Source: Octopus bimaculoides
Lineage: Eukaryota
Length of the DNA: 64,000 nucleotides
Reading direction: 5' to 3'
Assembly: GCF_001194135.2 (NCBI RefSeq)
Contig: NC_068984.1
Coordinates: 117,923,984 to 117,987,983, forward strand
The position numbers and the translations under genes were made by a program. Below are positions 53,911-64,000 of the stretch, in pieces. The notes under the pieces were generated by a model, which saw nothing but the letters and a program-made list of their open reading frames with translations, ran no database searches and was not told the origin of the DNA. How positions within the stretch are numbered: position 1 is the stretch's first letter; each line of letters starts with the position of its first letter.

Positions 53911-55184
53911 ATAGAGAGAGAGATTATTAAATCTGAATATTTTTTATGAGTTTCATGCCATCACGATCTTCGGGCTAATACTGCTAACACTGGTGTAATA
54001 TTTATATTTGTTGTTTTAGTTGTGGTCTTTTGCTTATCCCTGTTCGATGATCTGCTATTTGTGTTTACTGATCGGCTGTTATTTTTCAGGTCTCATCACT
54101 GGTTATTTTTATTGTGATATATATTTCTCTTACCGCACCACAAAAGCAATCGTATTAACGGTTAGAAAAATACAGCGAGTTAATTACGTTTTGGACCTAG
54201 TTCTTCATCAGGATAGGGATTGTACAATACAGGATACCGTGCATCCATGACTGCAAACGCTGCCAAGTACTTTGGAAGAGCTACTCTAATGGATTTTGCG
54301 CTACTATTTGTTTCTTTACTTCAAGTTATTTCATCCATTTTGACTTTACAACTTTTATGCCTTCCGTCATTTCTTCCCTTTTTTGGCTGTAACTTCCCTA
54401 TACAGTCGCAATCAAACTATCCTCTTAATTGAGATGTTACTTAATTACGTTTTTATGGCGAAGTTTTGGGGGCACGTCTTCGACAGCTTCTGCTCTTCAG
54501 TTTGCTGCTGAACAAGGCCTTGGGTATCCTTGTGTTCCCCGAGAGATTCACATATCTCACCCAGCAAAACTGTAATTGTAACAGAACAAACTAAAGACTA
54601 GATAAATCTGTACACTGCATGTTGGAGATGTGGTCTTGCCAAGAAGTATTCATTTTACTTAGTAAATGACGTAACTGGCAGTTCATCAACTTTTTGATGT
54701 GTAAGATTACAACGCGTAGGTCTCCACCGAGTACAACAGACAGAAATGATAGCTCTGCAGTTAGGTACACTTTACACATTGGGAATAGTTTTATATTTCG
54801 TTGTTTCCGCAGAAAACCGTTCAGCTTCCCGAATATGACCGCAGCAGACTGCATGCAGCGAGCCCAGATTGTTACCATCAGAAATCATAGTGCTCAAATA
54901 CGTGAAAATCTTTCCTACACTTAAAGATAGATTCACAATCAAGGTGATAAGAGATTTACGTCCATCTCTCCATGGTCAGGATGAATCATGACTTCTAACG
55001 TTACTCGCTCGGCCGAAGGCTGTCACTACACATTTACAACAATGTATAGTTCTCGGAATATCCACCAGGGAATGAACTTCTAGAACTGAGCCATCACGAA
55101 AGGGAAAGTTGCATATGCATATATCGCAATACTTCTTAGTAGATCCTAGCCATCCCACTCTTATATATATATATATAGGGAGAT

Positions 55185-55385
55185 TTCACAAAAAAGAAGA
55201 AAAAAACAACAGACGAAGACAGGTGGTGTTGAAAATAAATAGATGTATTAGTATAACGCTCGGGAATTGAGAAAGTCGTTTTTTAACGTTTCGAGCCTAC
55301 GTTCTTCTACAGAAAGGAACACGGAAAGAAACAAGGAGAGAAAAAAAATGTGTCTAGTGGTCAGCGATTTATCATGGCGAAACAT
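55185..55385. mobile_element. Penelope-like terminal remnant
   Basis: AACGTTTCGAGCCTACGTTCTTCTACAG is the reverse complement of a hammerhead-like CTGTAGA..CGAAACGTT motif typical of PLE ends. The assignment is inference. Confidence 0.4.
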
Positions 55386-56324
55386 CTTGTCACTCTCTAC
55401 TAATAAATGAGGACTAGTTCTTCATTTTTAAATGATTGCGGAACGGAATGGTAATGCATTACAATTCTTTGAAGAACTAGTGAAGTTTATTACGCATTTC
55501 CTTCTCACCAAACTTATTGACTTCCGTAATAATTGCTTTCCTCGGTTTGTCACGAGAACAACAGCTTCCCGCTTCTCTATATTCAATGGCAAATATACTT
55601 TTGTATTTTCTGAAGCTGTTGATTGTATTTTAGAGCCTCGCAAAAAATGACTGAGGCGGTTTAGTAACTCACTAAATGTTTCTAGTAGTGTTCACTTTTC
55701 TTAGTGTAAATGTCTGAACTGTTCTCACATTCAATTGGGTAAATTTCCCTTATTCTGTAGATTGTTGATCCCTCTCAAACTGGCACAGAAAACCTTCACA
55801 TTGTTAGAACGACCATGGGCCTGAATTTCGTTTGCCTTCTGTTTACCATCAGCCCTTCAATAGCCACAATTCTTTTTGGGTCAAGACGTATAGTCTCTAA
55901 ATCGGCTGATAATCTGTTGTGTATTTCGGCCATTTTAAAACTGTTTGTAGGTACCTTATATATATANNNNNNNNNNNNNNNNNNNNNNNNNNNNNNNNNN
56001 NNNNNNNNNNNNNNNNNNNNNNNNNNNNNNNNNNNNNNNNNNNNNNNNNNNNNNNNNNNNNNNNNNNNNNNNNNNNNNNNNNNNNNNNNNNNNNNNNNNN
56101 NNNNNNNNNNNNNNNNNNNNNNNNNNNNNNNNNNNNNNNNNNNNNNNNNNNNNNNNNNNNNNNNNNNNNNNNNNNNNNNNNNNNNNNNNNNNNNNNNNNN
56201 NNNNNNNNNNNNNNNNNNNNNNNNNNNNNNNNNNNNNNNNNNNNNNNNNNNNNNNNNNNNNNNNNNNNNNNNNNNNNNNNNNNNNNNNNNNNNNNNNNNN
56301 NNNNNNNNNNNNNNNNNNNNNNNN

Positions 56325-56417
<93 letters not shown>

Positions 56418-56869
56418 GTAACAGCTGTTATATCCTCGCATCATTTTCATCAAACCAGTTGGTGTACATGTAATTAGGAAAGGCTATTTAGGCAGCAGAT
56501 GTTTTGTAGGTTGCCTCACGCACCTACTCTCAGAGAGCATTGACACGGTGCTTTTCAACTTGCTGGTTATATCCGCAGCAAGTTCACATTGCACTTCAGA
56601 AATTTTCAGTTTACAAATATCCACTCTATTTTGCACAATTCTTACGTCGTTCTTGCATTTCCGTCACGTAGACAAGTTGTTACATGTGGTCCGTATTAAT
56701 AAATGATCAATGAAGCAATAGATTTCCTTCCCATCATGGTATACGTACAGCTAACATAGATACAACCTATCTTTGGTAGGCTGCTTGACAGAGGCGAGGG
56801 GGTGGCAGTCCGATATGGGCCACACTTTTATTGGGACGGTACTCTGTTGTATAACCCTGTATAACTAAA

Positions 56870-57128
56870 GGTAAGGTAAAATTTCCTTTTCAACTTATAC
56901 TGACTCATAAGGGCCGGTTTCCCAGTTTTATGGCATATATATTCCCCACCTGGATGGGATGCCGTTCCGTCGCAGGATTACTCACTTTTGCCAGTTGAGT
57001 GGACTGGAGCAACGTGAAGTGGAGTGTTTTGCTCAAGAACACAATGCATCACCCGGTCCGGGAATCGAAACCACAATCTTAAGAACATGAGTTCAACACC
57101 CTAACCACTAAGCCATGCACCTTCCACT
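56870..57128 (-). mobile_element. CORE tRNA-SINE, head A + tail Y
   Basis: Homology to 8698-8935; inserted in the RTE remnant. Confidence 0.85.
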
Positions 57129-57375
57129 ATAAGTTTGAATCAGCTGCATTGGCCCGGATGAGGCGGCAAACTCAAAAGCTGCCCGAGCAGCACATAATGA
57201 CCCTACGCCACTGGGTATAAACGGAACGGATCGTTTCAGTCGCGGATTACACTTGCTATGAAAATCATCTTCTGGGAGGCCGGAAGACGTCTGCCACGGC
57301 CATATCGTATTTAGCACATAGTTTGAGCAGAAAATGTTGAAATTTTCTTTACCAATGTGATCTATCTGAAATACG

Positions 57376-57625
57376 TGGAAGCATGTGGCTTAGTGGTTCG
57401 GATGTTGGACTCATAATCGTAAGATTGTGGTTTCAGTTCCTAGATCGGGCGACGCGTTGCGATCTTGAGCAAAACACTTCACTTCACATTACTCCAATCG
57501 ACTCAGCTGACAAAAATAAGTAATCCTGCGACGGACCGGCGTCCATCCTGTAGGGAATATATGCACCACAGAAACCAGGAAACCGGCCTCATGAATCTGT
57601 ATGACTCGGGAAGGACCTTTATCCT
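57376..57625 (+). mobile_element. CORE tRNA-SINE, head A + tail Y
   Basis: Homology to 8698-8935. Confidence 0.85.
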
Positions 57626-58310
57626 TTGTCCTTTTATCCCAACTGAAATCCTCATTCTTGCATTAAAATCGCCCAAGCCAAGCAATGCATCGCATATTGA
57701 CACTGTGCGGCTATCAACACGGTGGGTCGTAGAAATTCTTCATTCTTATTTTGCTCGTATGTCATCGAAATAGGTTAAACACTGAGTTTATTTATTGTTG
57801 ATTTGCCATCCATACATTTCATCTTCGTTAGTCTGCAGGGTATAGCAGCAAGGAGTGACACCAAGTTGATGATAACAAGTTTGTATTGCGATGGATAAAC
57901 TTACAGTAGCTTCATTTCGAATAGCGCTCTCATTTCCTGACAAGAAGAAGCTGTATAAGTTCTGTTCTTGTAAATCTAAATTAAATAAGAATACATACAT
58001 GCGCGTGGGCGTGTGTATATGGGAGAGCATGTAAGTGCTTACGTGAGTAGGAAACAACTCTTTTTGAAGATACGTCAATAGCATGTTTCTAGAATTTAGT
58101 CAAGGTGAATAGTAAATATGACATGAAACAGTACCTGACAGAACCAAGTAATCAAGAAAATATTTAAACATATTACATATGAACTTCAGCATCACAATTC
58201 AAAGCCAAGTATTTGTCAATAGAGACTCAGTTGTTGTGTGATACAATTAAAACAGTACAAGAAACCCATAAACCTGATGAACATAAATTGTTTAGACGAT
58301 TTACTGTACG

Positions 58311-58691
58311 GTGTTGTTGGCACTCCGTCGCTTACGACGACGAGGGTTCCAGTTGATCCGATCAATGGAACAGCCTGCTCGTGAAATTAACGTGCAAGTG
58401 GCTGAACACTCCACAGACACGTGTACCTTTAACGTAGTTCTCGGGGGATATTCAGCGTGACACAGTGTGACAAGGCTGACCCTTTGAATTACAGGCACAA
58501 CAGAAACAGGAAGTAAGAGAAAGTTGTGGTGAAAGAGTACAGCAGGGTTCGCCACCATTCCCTGCCGGAGCCTCGTGGAGCTTTAGGTGTTTTCGCTCAA
58601 TAAACACTCACAACGTCCGGTCTGGGAATCGAAACCGCCATCCTATGACCGCGAGTCCGCTGCCCTAACCACTGGGCCATTGCGCCTCCAC
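58311..58691 (-). mobile_element. tRNA-SINE, head B + tail X, with TSD
   Basis: Head GGAGGCGCAATGGCCCAGTGGTTAGGGCAGCGGACTCG..GGTTTCGATTCCC; TSD ACTGTACG at 58303-58310 and 58692-58699. Confidence 0.9.
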
Positions 58692-58809
58692 ACTGTACGT
58701 TATACATATGAATATACAGTGGGAGAGTGGTATTTGCGGATATATTTAGTAATTTAATAAAACAAATCTAATTTAGCAAAGCCAAATTTATTTTAATAAA
58801 AATTTGTGC

Positions 58810-60170
58810 TCATATTCTCTTAAGCTTTTTTTATGAGATTATTCTATGAATCTGCCCTCAGCTTTGATAACTGCTTCAATGCAGGACCGAAAACATTGAT
58901 ATGCCTCCGCTAAGTATTCCTGATTCACATCGGAAATCACCTGGACAATAGCTGCCTTCGGTGAAGCTATAATATTGTGAATATGCTGATTAGTCTCCCT
59001 TTCAACAACACTCCAAACGTTGTAGTCTAGGATTTAAATTTGGCGAATCTGGAGTTTGCAAGTTTGGTGTTACATGATCGTAAAAATTGTCAGTCATCCG
59101 CTCGTTGATTACGTGAGTTTTGTGAGAACGTGCTGAGTCATATTGAAACACGTATGGCTTTCCACTGCGTACATCATCTATTCAAGGTTTAACAACTGTC
59201 TCCAGTATCTCAACGTATTCAGTGGCATAAAATTTAAATGTGAGGTGACATAACATGGCCTTCGTAACTCACCATTCCTAAACTATCACAGTCGTTGATA
59301 GTTTAGAGTGCATCACTTTGGGGACATCAGGGAGATCTGCACATAACCATCTTTACGTCTTTCCTGCTGGAGTATTTTGCTCTTGGTCAAAGTTTTTTTT
59401 CTCTCATTAGAGAAGAACCAAAGCATGCAATGTCTGTAAGAGTTTTAAATCTTAAGTAACCGCTTGGCACGGATCAAAGAGTTTTTCCTGTGTCTTTGCA
59501 GACATGAATTATCACATACTACTCAGTTGTTGTTGTTGACACTCTGTCGCTTACAACATCGAGGGTTCCAGTTGATCTAATCAACAGAACAGCCTGCTCG
59601 TGAAATTAACGTGCAAGTGGCTGAGCACTCCACACACACACGTGTACTCTTAACGTAGTTCTCAGGGAGATTCAGCGTGACAGATAGTGTGACAAGGCTG
59701 GTCCTTTGAAATACAGGCACAACAGAAACAGGAAGTAAGAGCGAGAGAAAGTTGTGGTGAAAGAGTACAGCAGGGTTCGCCACCATCCCCTGTCGGAGCC
59801 TCGTGGAGCTTTAGGTGTTTTCGCTAGATAAACACTCACAACGCCCGGTCTGGGAATCGAAACCGCGATCCTATGAACGCTAGTCTGTTGCCCTAACCAC
59901 TGGGCCATTGCGCCTCCACTACAACTCAGTATATACGACTTATATTGAATGTTCCCGTACACCACAGTTCTGACAGTTCACTCCGACACCTGAAGTACTT
60001 TGTGCCGATGGACCTCAACAATTTTCCTTGATCATCATCGTTGATGTTTTGAATCCGTTAGATAAATTGCGGTGTCCTTAGACAGCGCTTGGAGTTTGTG
60101 CTTATCTGAATTGGTTGATGTATGCAATTTTTTGAGAATAAACTTATCCGTCGCCCATCTTGTTTTGTTT
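58810..60170 (-). mobile_element. Decayed Tc1/mariner-superfamily maT (DD37D) transposase, split by a SINE
   Basis: Manual translation with stops and frameshifts gives QYKSYIL..FMSAKTQEKLLIRAKRLL..LWFFSNE..NFDQEQ..RWLCADLPDVPKVMH..YVEILETVVKP..PYVFQYDSARSHK..SPNLNP.DYNVWSVVERETN..IEAVIKAEGRFIE*. There are about 37 residues between the 2nd and 3rd catalytic Asp. TIRs were not identified. Confidence 0.85.
59528..59919 (-). mobile_element. tRNA-SINE, head B + tail X, inserted into the maT transposase
   Basis: Close homolog of 58311-58691; TSD TACTACTCAGT (59517) / TACAACTCAGT (59920). Confidence 0.9.
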
Positions 60171-60509
60171 AGTAATTTTGAGTTCACATTTTTACCTAAA
60201 TAACACAACTAGCAAAAATGATTTTAAACATTATTATTTTAAACTCAAATCACAAGAGCAACAACAATAGCATACAGTAATGTCATTTGGCTTATTTACG
60301 AACTAAACACATACTTCTGAACCAAACTACTTCATTAACAACACCGTAATTAAAAAGTATACAAAGTATACAATACAGTTCATTAAATCCAAAATTGCTG
60401 AGGGAAAGAAAAAATAGCTCTCTCCACCCTCAAAATTTGAGACTACTTCAAAATTTCTTCTTAACCTCAGGCTTTTTAGAATTGAAAACAATATAATAGC
60501 ATATATCTA

Positions 60510-61305
60510 TAAATTTTGGCCCAAGGCTAACAAATTCGGGATAGGAGGCTAGTCGATCACAGCGACCCCAGTGCTTGACTGTTACTTATTATCGTCCGTC
60601 TTTACGTCTACGTTGCCGCAGAGGTCGACTTTGCCTTTCATCCTTACGAGATCGATAAAATAAGAACCAGCTAAGTTCTGGGGTCGATGTAAACGATTAG
60701 CCCCCTACCCCGAACCTTGCTGGCCTTGAGCCAAAATTTGAAACCAATATCACGTTATTGTCTGCATTTCGTCCGTCTTTACGTTCTGAGTTCAAATTCT
60801 GCCGAGTTCGAATCTACTTTTCCTACTTTCATATATGTACCAGCAAAGTATTGGCGGTTGATGTAATCGACTCATCCACTCCCTCGAAATTTAAAAACCA
60901 ATATTCACGTCATTGTGAAAGGCGCCGTGCTAGCAGAATCGTTAGCACGCCGAGCATAATGCGTAGCGGCACTTTTGTCCGTCGTTACGCTCTGAATTCA
61001 AATACCGCCGCTGTCGACTTTGCCTTTTACATTTTCGGGGTCGATAAATTAAGTACCAATGAAACAGTGGGGTTCATATAATCGACTATTCGCCTCCCAA
61101 AAAATGTCAAGCTTTATGCCTCCAGTAGAAAGGAATATTACGCTGTTATGTAAGGTGGCGAGTTATGTAACTGGAACCTATTTTATCGACCTCGAAAAAG
61201 TGAGAGGCAAAGTTGACCCTAGCTCGATTTGAACTCAGAACACGAAGACGGACGAAATGCAGTTAAGCATGCTGCCCGGCATGCTAACTTTTCTGCTAGC
61301 TCACC
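60510..61305. mobile_element. Cluster of about 5 family M SINE pieces in mixed orientation
   Basis: Repeated GTCGACTTTGCCTTT and TTCTGAGTTCAAATT motifs, with CpGs intact. Confidence 0.8.
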
Positions 61306-62282
61306 GATATGTTTGTTTGGTTGGTTTTATATATAAAAATATATATTCCTTGATATGTTGCTATTGGTTTGTAGAGCTATGTTTCAAAGGTTTCCAAAGG
61401 TTTTCCAATAGCGACCATCCCGTATATTTTATATCCAGATCATGTATCTAGAATTACTTTAAAAATTGGTATTTTGAAATAAAACACCAGAAATTGCCAT
61501 GGAAACAAGTCTTTTTCTTTTTTTTAATACATGTTATTGTTGCTTTGTATAGTCTCAGATAAGTCTTGATCGAATAAAACTATGTACCAAAAGTTTCCCA
61601 TCAGCGACCATTCCGTCAGTTTTCTTTCTCAATAATGTATATATCTAGAACTGTTATTAAAACTACATGTTAGTGTTGCTGTTTAGATGATATATTTTCC
61701 ATTGTGTCCTTGATTTTTTTTTCTCAGGGTACTAAAGTATGAAAGGAGAGAATGTTGGCTGCTATTTCTAGCTGATCGAGCGAATACCTAGAGAAGAAAT
61801 GCAACATTAGATTAGCATTTCGCTTTTTCCTGTGACATTTGGTTGGTCTTGTATTGCAAGTTTCTCTTGAAATTGAAACATTAGCGGGACATCTCTCTTT
61901 CTCTCTCCCTCTCTCTTATTCACTCGCTCTCGATGTTAAATGATGTCGCTTGGCGATGTTAAACGTTGTGAAAATTGCGATGAATACAGACAACTTACAT
62001 ATATTTATTTAACCAACCTTCGAAGCCAATATCGAATTATGGCAGTGTTTACTAGATGATTATTTACGGACTAACAATTTAAAACCATGCTGGAAATATG
62101 AAAAGATTTATTGATAGATTAAATGTATAAATGTCTGAGATGAGTTGCTGTTAATAAGATTATAATTTTTCAGACTATTAACCTCATCTTTAAAGAGGGG
62201 AAAAATTGTTTTACAATATTTAAATCTACATGACGTTTCGGTCAGTTTCATATCCTATCGTCACCAGTTGCCTTATCCCCGG

Positions 62283-62675
62283 ATGTGTTTATCGTACCAT
62301 ACGATGCTTTATTTCTGGATGTGTGCATAGCACCAGACTATGCCTTATTCCTGTATGTGTACAAAGCAGTATATAATAACTTATTTCCGGGTTTGTGTAT
62401 CGTACCATACGTTGCCATTTTCGTGGATGTATGCATTGTATCTAACGTTGCCTTATTCCTGTGTGTGTGGAAACTATCATACAGAGCATATTCCTAGACG
62501 TGTGCACAGTACCAGATGTGTGTATCGTACCAAATGAAGCCTTGTTCTTGGGTGTGTGCATAGTACCATAATGTGTATATTCTTGGATGTTTGCATAGTA
62601 CTAAGCTATATCATCTTCCGTATTCCTGGATATGTGCGCAGTACCAGATGTATGTATAGTACCAGGCTATTTCAG
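62283..62675. repeat. Degenerate ~36-bp minisatellite (about 10 units)
   Basis: Units such as ATGTGTGCATAGTACCATACGTTGCCTTATTCCTGG are directly abutting, with no unique spacers. Confidence 0.8.
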
Positions 62676-63054
62676 CTAAAGGCGATTGAATCTTTTGGTT
62701 CCAATGCACACTTTATACGTTGTTGTTGAACCAGATTAAAGGCTTCCAGTCAGGACTATCCTGCTTTCTATCCAACGTGTCCATCCTTTAAAAAAACAAA
62801 AACGTTAAAGTGTAAACTTAACAGATATTTTGTTGCTATTGCTTGCCAGACAAGAAACCACATAAAAGCTCTTGTACTTCATCTCGTAGCTATTACTTTT
62901 AATTGGAGTATATCAAGGTATATCATCTAGTAGCTATTACTTTTAATTGGAGTATATCAAGACATGTGTGAGTAATTTCTAATCTTTTACGTATGCAATT
63001 TTTTTTTTCATTTAATGATTCTATGATGTTTTCATTTTCGTACAAAATCTAATA

Positions 63055-63625
63055 TAGGGGTCGGCGAACCGGGCTAAATTATCCTAAGTGGGATAAAAAT
63101 GAAATTCTTGGGGGTAATGAGAACTCATCTGACAAATAAAATTATATATAAAACGTGGTCCTTGTTACAACAGAAATTTTTCTTCTGGCATGAGGAAGCA
63201 GTCAAAAAGTTGCTGCCTTTTGCAATAACCTACTTTTGCAAACAAGGATTTTCCACTCTAATAAATATAAAAACAAAACTGAGTAATCGATTGGACCCCG
63301 AAGACTGTATCCAAATTGCTCTGGCGTCAAAAGGGCCCAATTTTGATGTAATTGCTACGAAGATAAAACAACGTCGTTTCTCCAAAACCTGTAGTGAAAA
63401 AGTTTCTAGAAAAATCCTCTTGTTTCATAATGAGGATATTGATTTATTTTATCGCATTTGTTTTATATTTTTTATATTTATAATTGTATTCTCCTTATAA
63501 ATAGATTCCATAAACTTTTTGAATTCTAGGAATCTATGATTTTTTCTATTTCAAATCAAGGGGGTAACATCGGTGTAAATAAATATATTTGGGGATAAAT
63601 GGTTAAAAAAGTTCCCCGGTCACTG
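63055..63625 (+). mobile_element. Non-autonomous hAT (Charlie/Buster-like) element carrying the transposase C-terminal dimerisation region
   Basis: ORF 63099-63500 contains KKLLPFAITYFCKQGFSTLINIKTKLSNRLDPEDCIQIAL. Termini are TAGGGGTCGGCGAACC...AAGTTCCCCGGTCACTG, with an 8-bp TSD ATCTAATA (63047) / GTCTAATA (63626). Confidence 0.85.
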
Positions 63626-64000
63626 GTCTAATATATGAACACGTGGTGTGCTCTGGTGGCCAGTTATTGTAAGGGAGATAGTCATCTCTAGATAAATCTT
63701 GGCGGCAATTAGGAGTTTAGATTTTCAATTGAAGAACAAGAAAGAAGAAGTGTATCTTATCTTTTACTTGTTCCAATCATTGGACTGCGGCCAGGCTGGG
63801 GGTAAGCCTTGAAAGATCTAGTCAAACAAATCAACCCCTGTATTTATAATAATATTTTTTTGAAGTCTGGTACTTATTCTATCGGTTGTTTTGCCAAACC
63901 ACTAAGTTCTCAAGCGTTAGCGGCGGACATATATATGTATGTACATGTATATATATTTATGTGGGTGTGTGCGTGTATATATATATATATATATATATAT

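Larger units (their letters stand above)
54200..58000 (-). mobile_element. Highly decayed RTE-clade LINE (APE endonuclease to RT C-terminus), interrupted by SINEs, a Penelope-like repeat and microsatellites
   Basis: Ordered minus-strand motifs: YSFFLSG and LGDFNAR (EN, 57640-57990), NWFDENDA (about 56440), FSELLNR and EVNKFGEKEMRNKLH (55430-55700), FTYLST.ISDG, IFGKLNGFLRKQRNIKL..WQDHISN and RIPKALFSSKLK..RRRAPKLRHKNVIK (54440-54930). Confidence 0.8.

Noticed and set aside
62283-62675. CRISPR-like appearance of the 36-bp repeats
   Set aside because: Units are adjacent with no unique spacers and are highly degenerate, there are no cas genes, and the context is eukaryotic.

Overview
AT-rich, microsatellite-dense animal genomic DNA with 12 N-gaps (about 4.4 kb). 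The SINE and microsatellite landscape points to a coleoid cephalopod, probably Octopus (inference from repeat character, not a database match). Only one host coding exon is recognisable: the first coding exon of junctophilin (minus strand, 46212-46596, MORN repeats, GT donor at 46211). Everything to its left (1-46211) is presumably first intron, with no recognisable exon 2. The rest is a layered fossil record of mobile elements: several tRNA-derived SINE families, hAT and piggyBac-type MITEs, a decayed maT (DD37D) transposase, and RTE, CR1/L2 and R4/Dong LINE fragments. There is no CRISPR array, rRNA or genuine tRNA gene, and I cannot support a claim of a new multi-gene system. The best leads are a 93-bp-stem foldback hairpin in the intron, a 66-bp near-perfect palindrome, a sharp CpG-depletion boundary next to an orphan CpG island at about 39 kb, 2x2 module shuffling among SINEs, vestigial hammerhead ribozyme cores, and a perfect 116-bp templated insertion. 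Repeat boundaries are hand-estimated (about +/-10-20 bp) unless TSDs are quoted.
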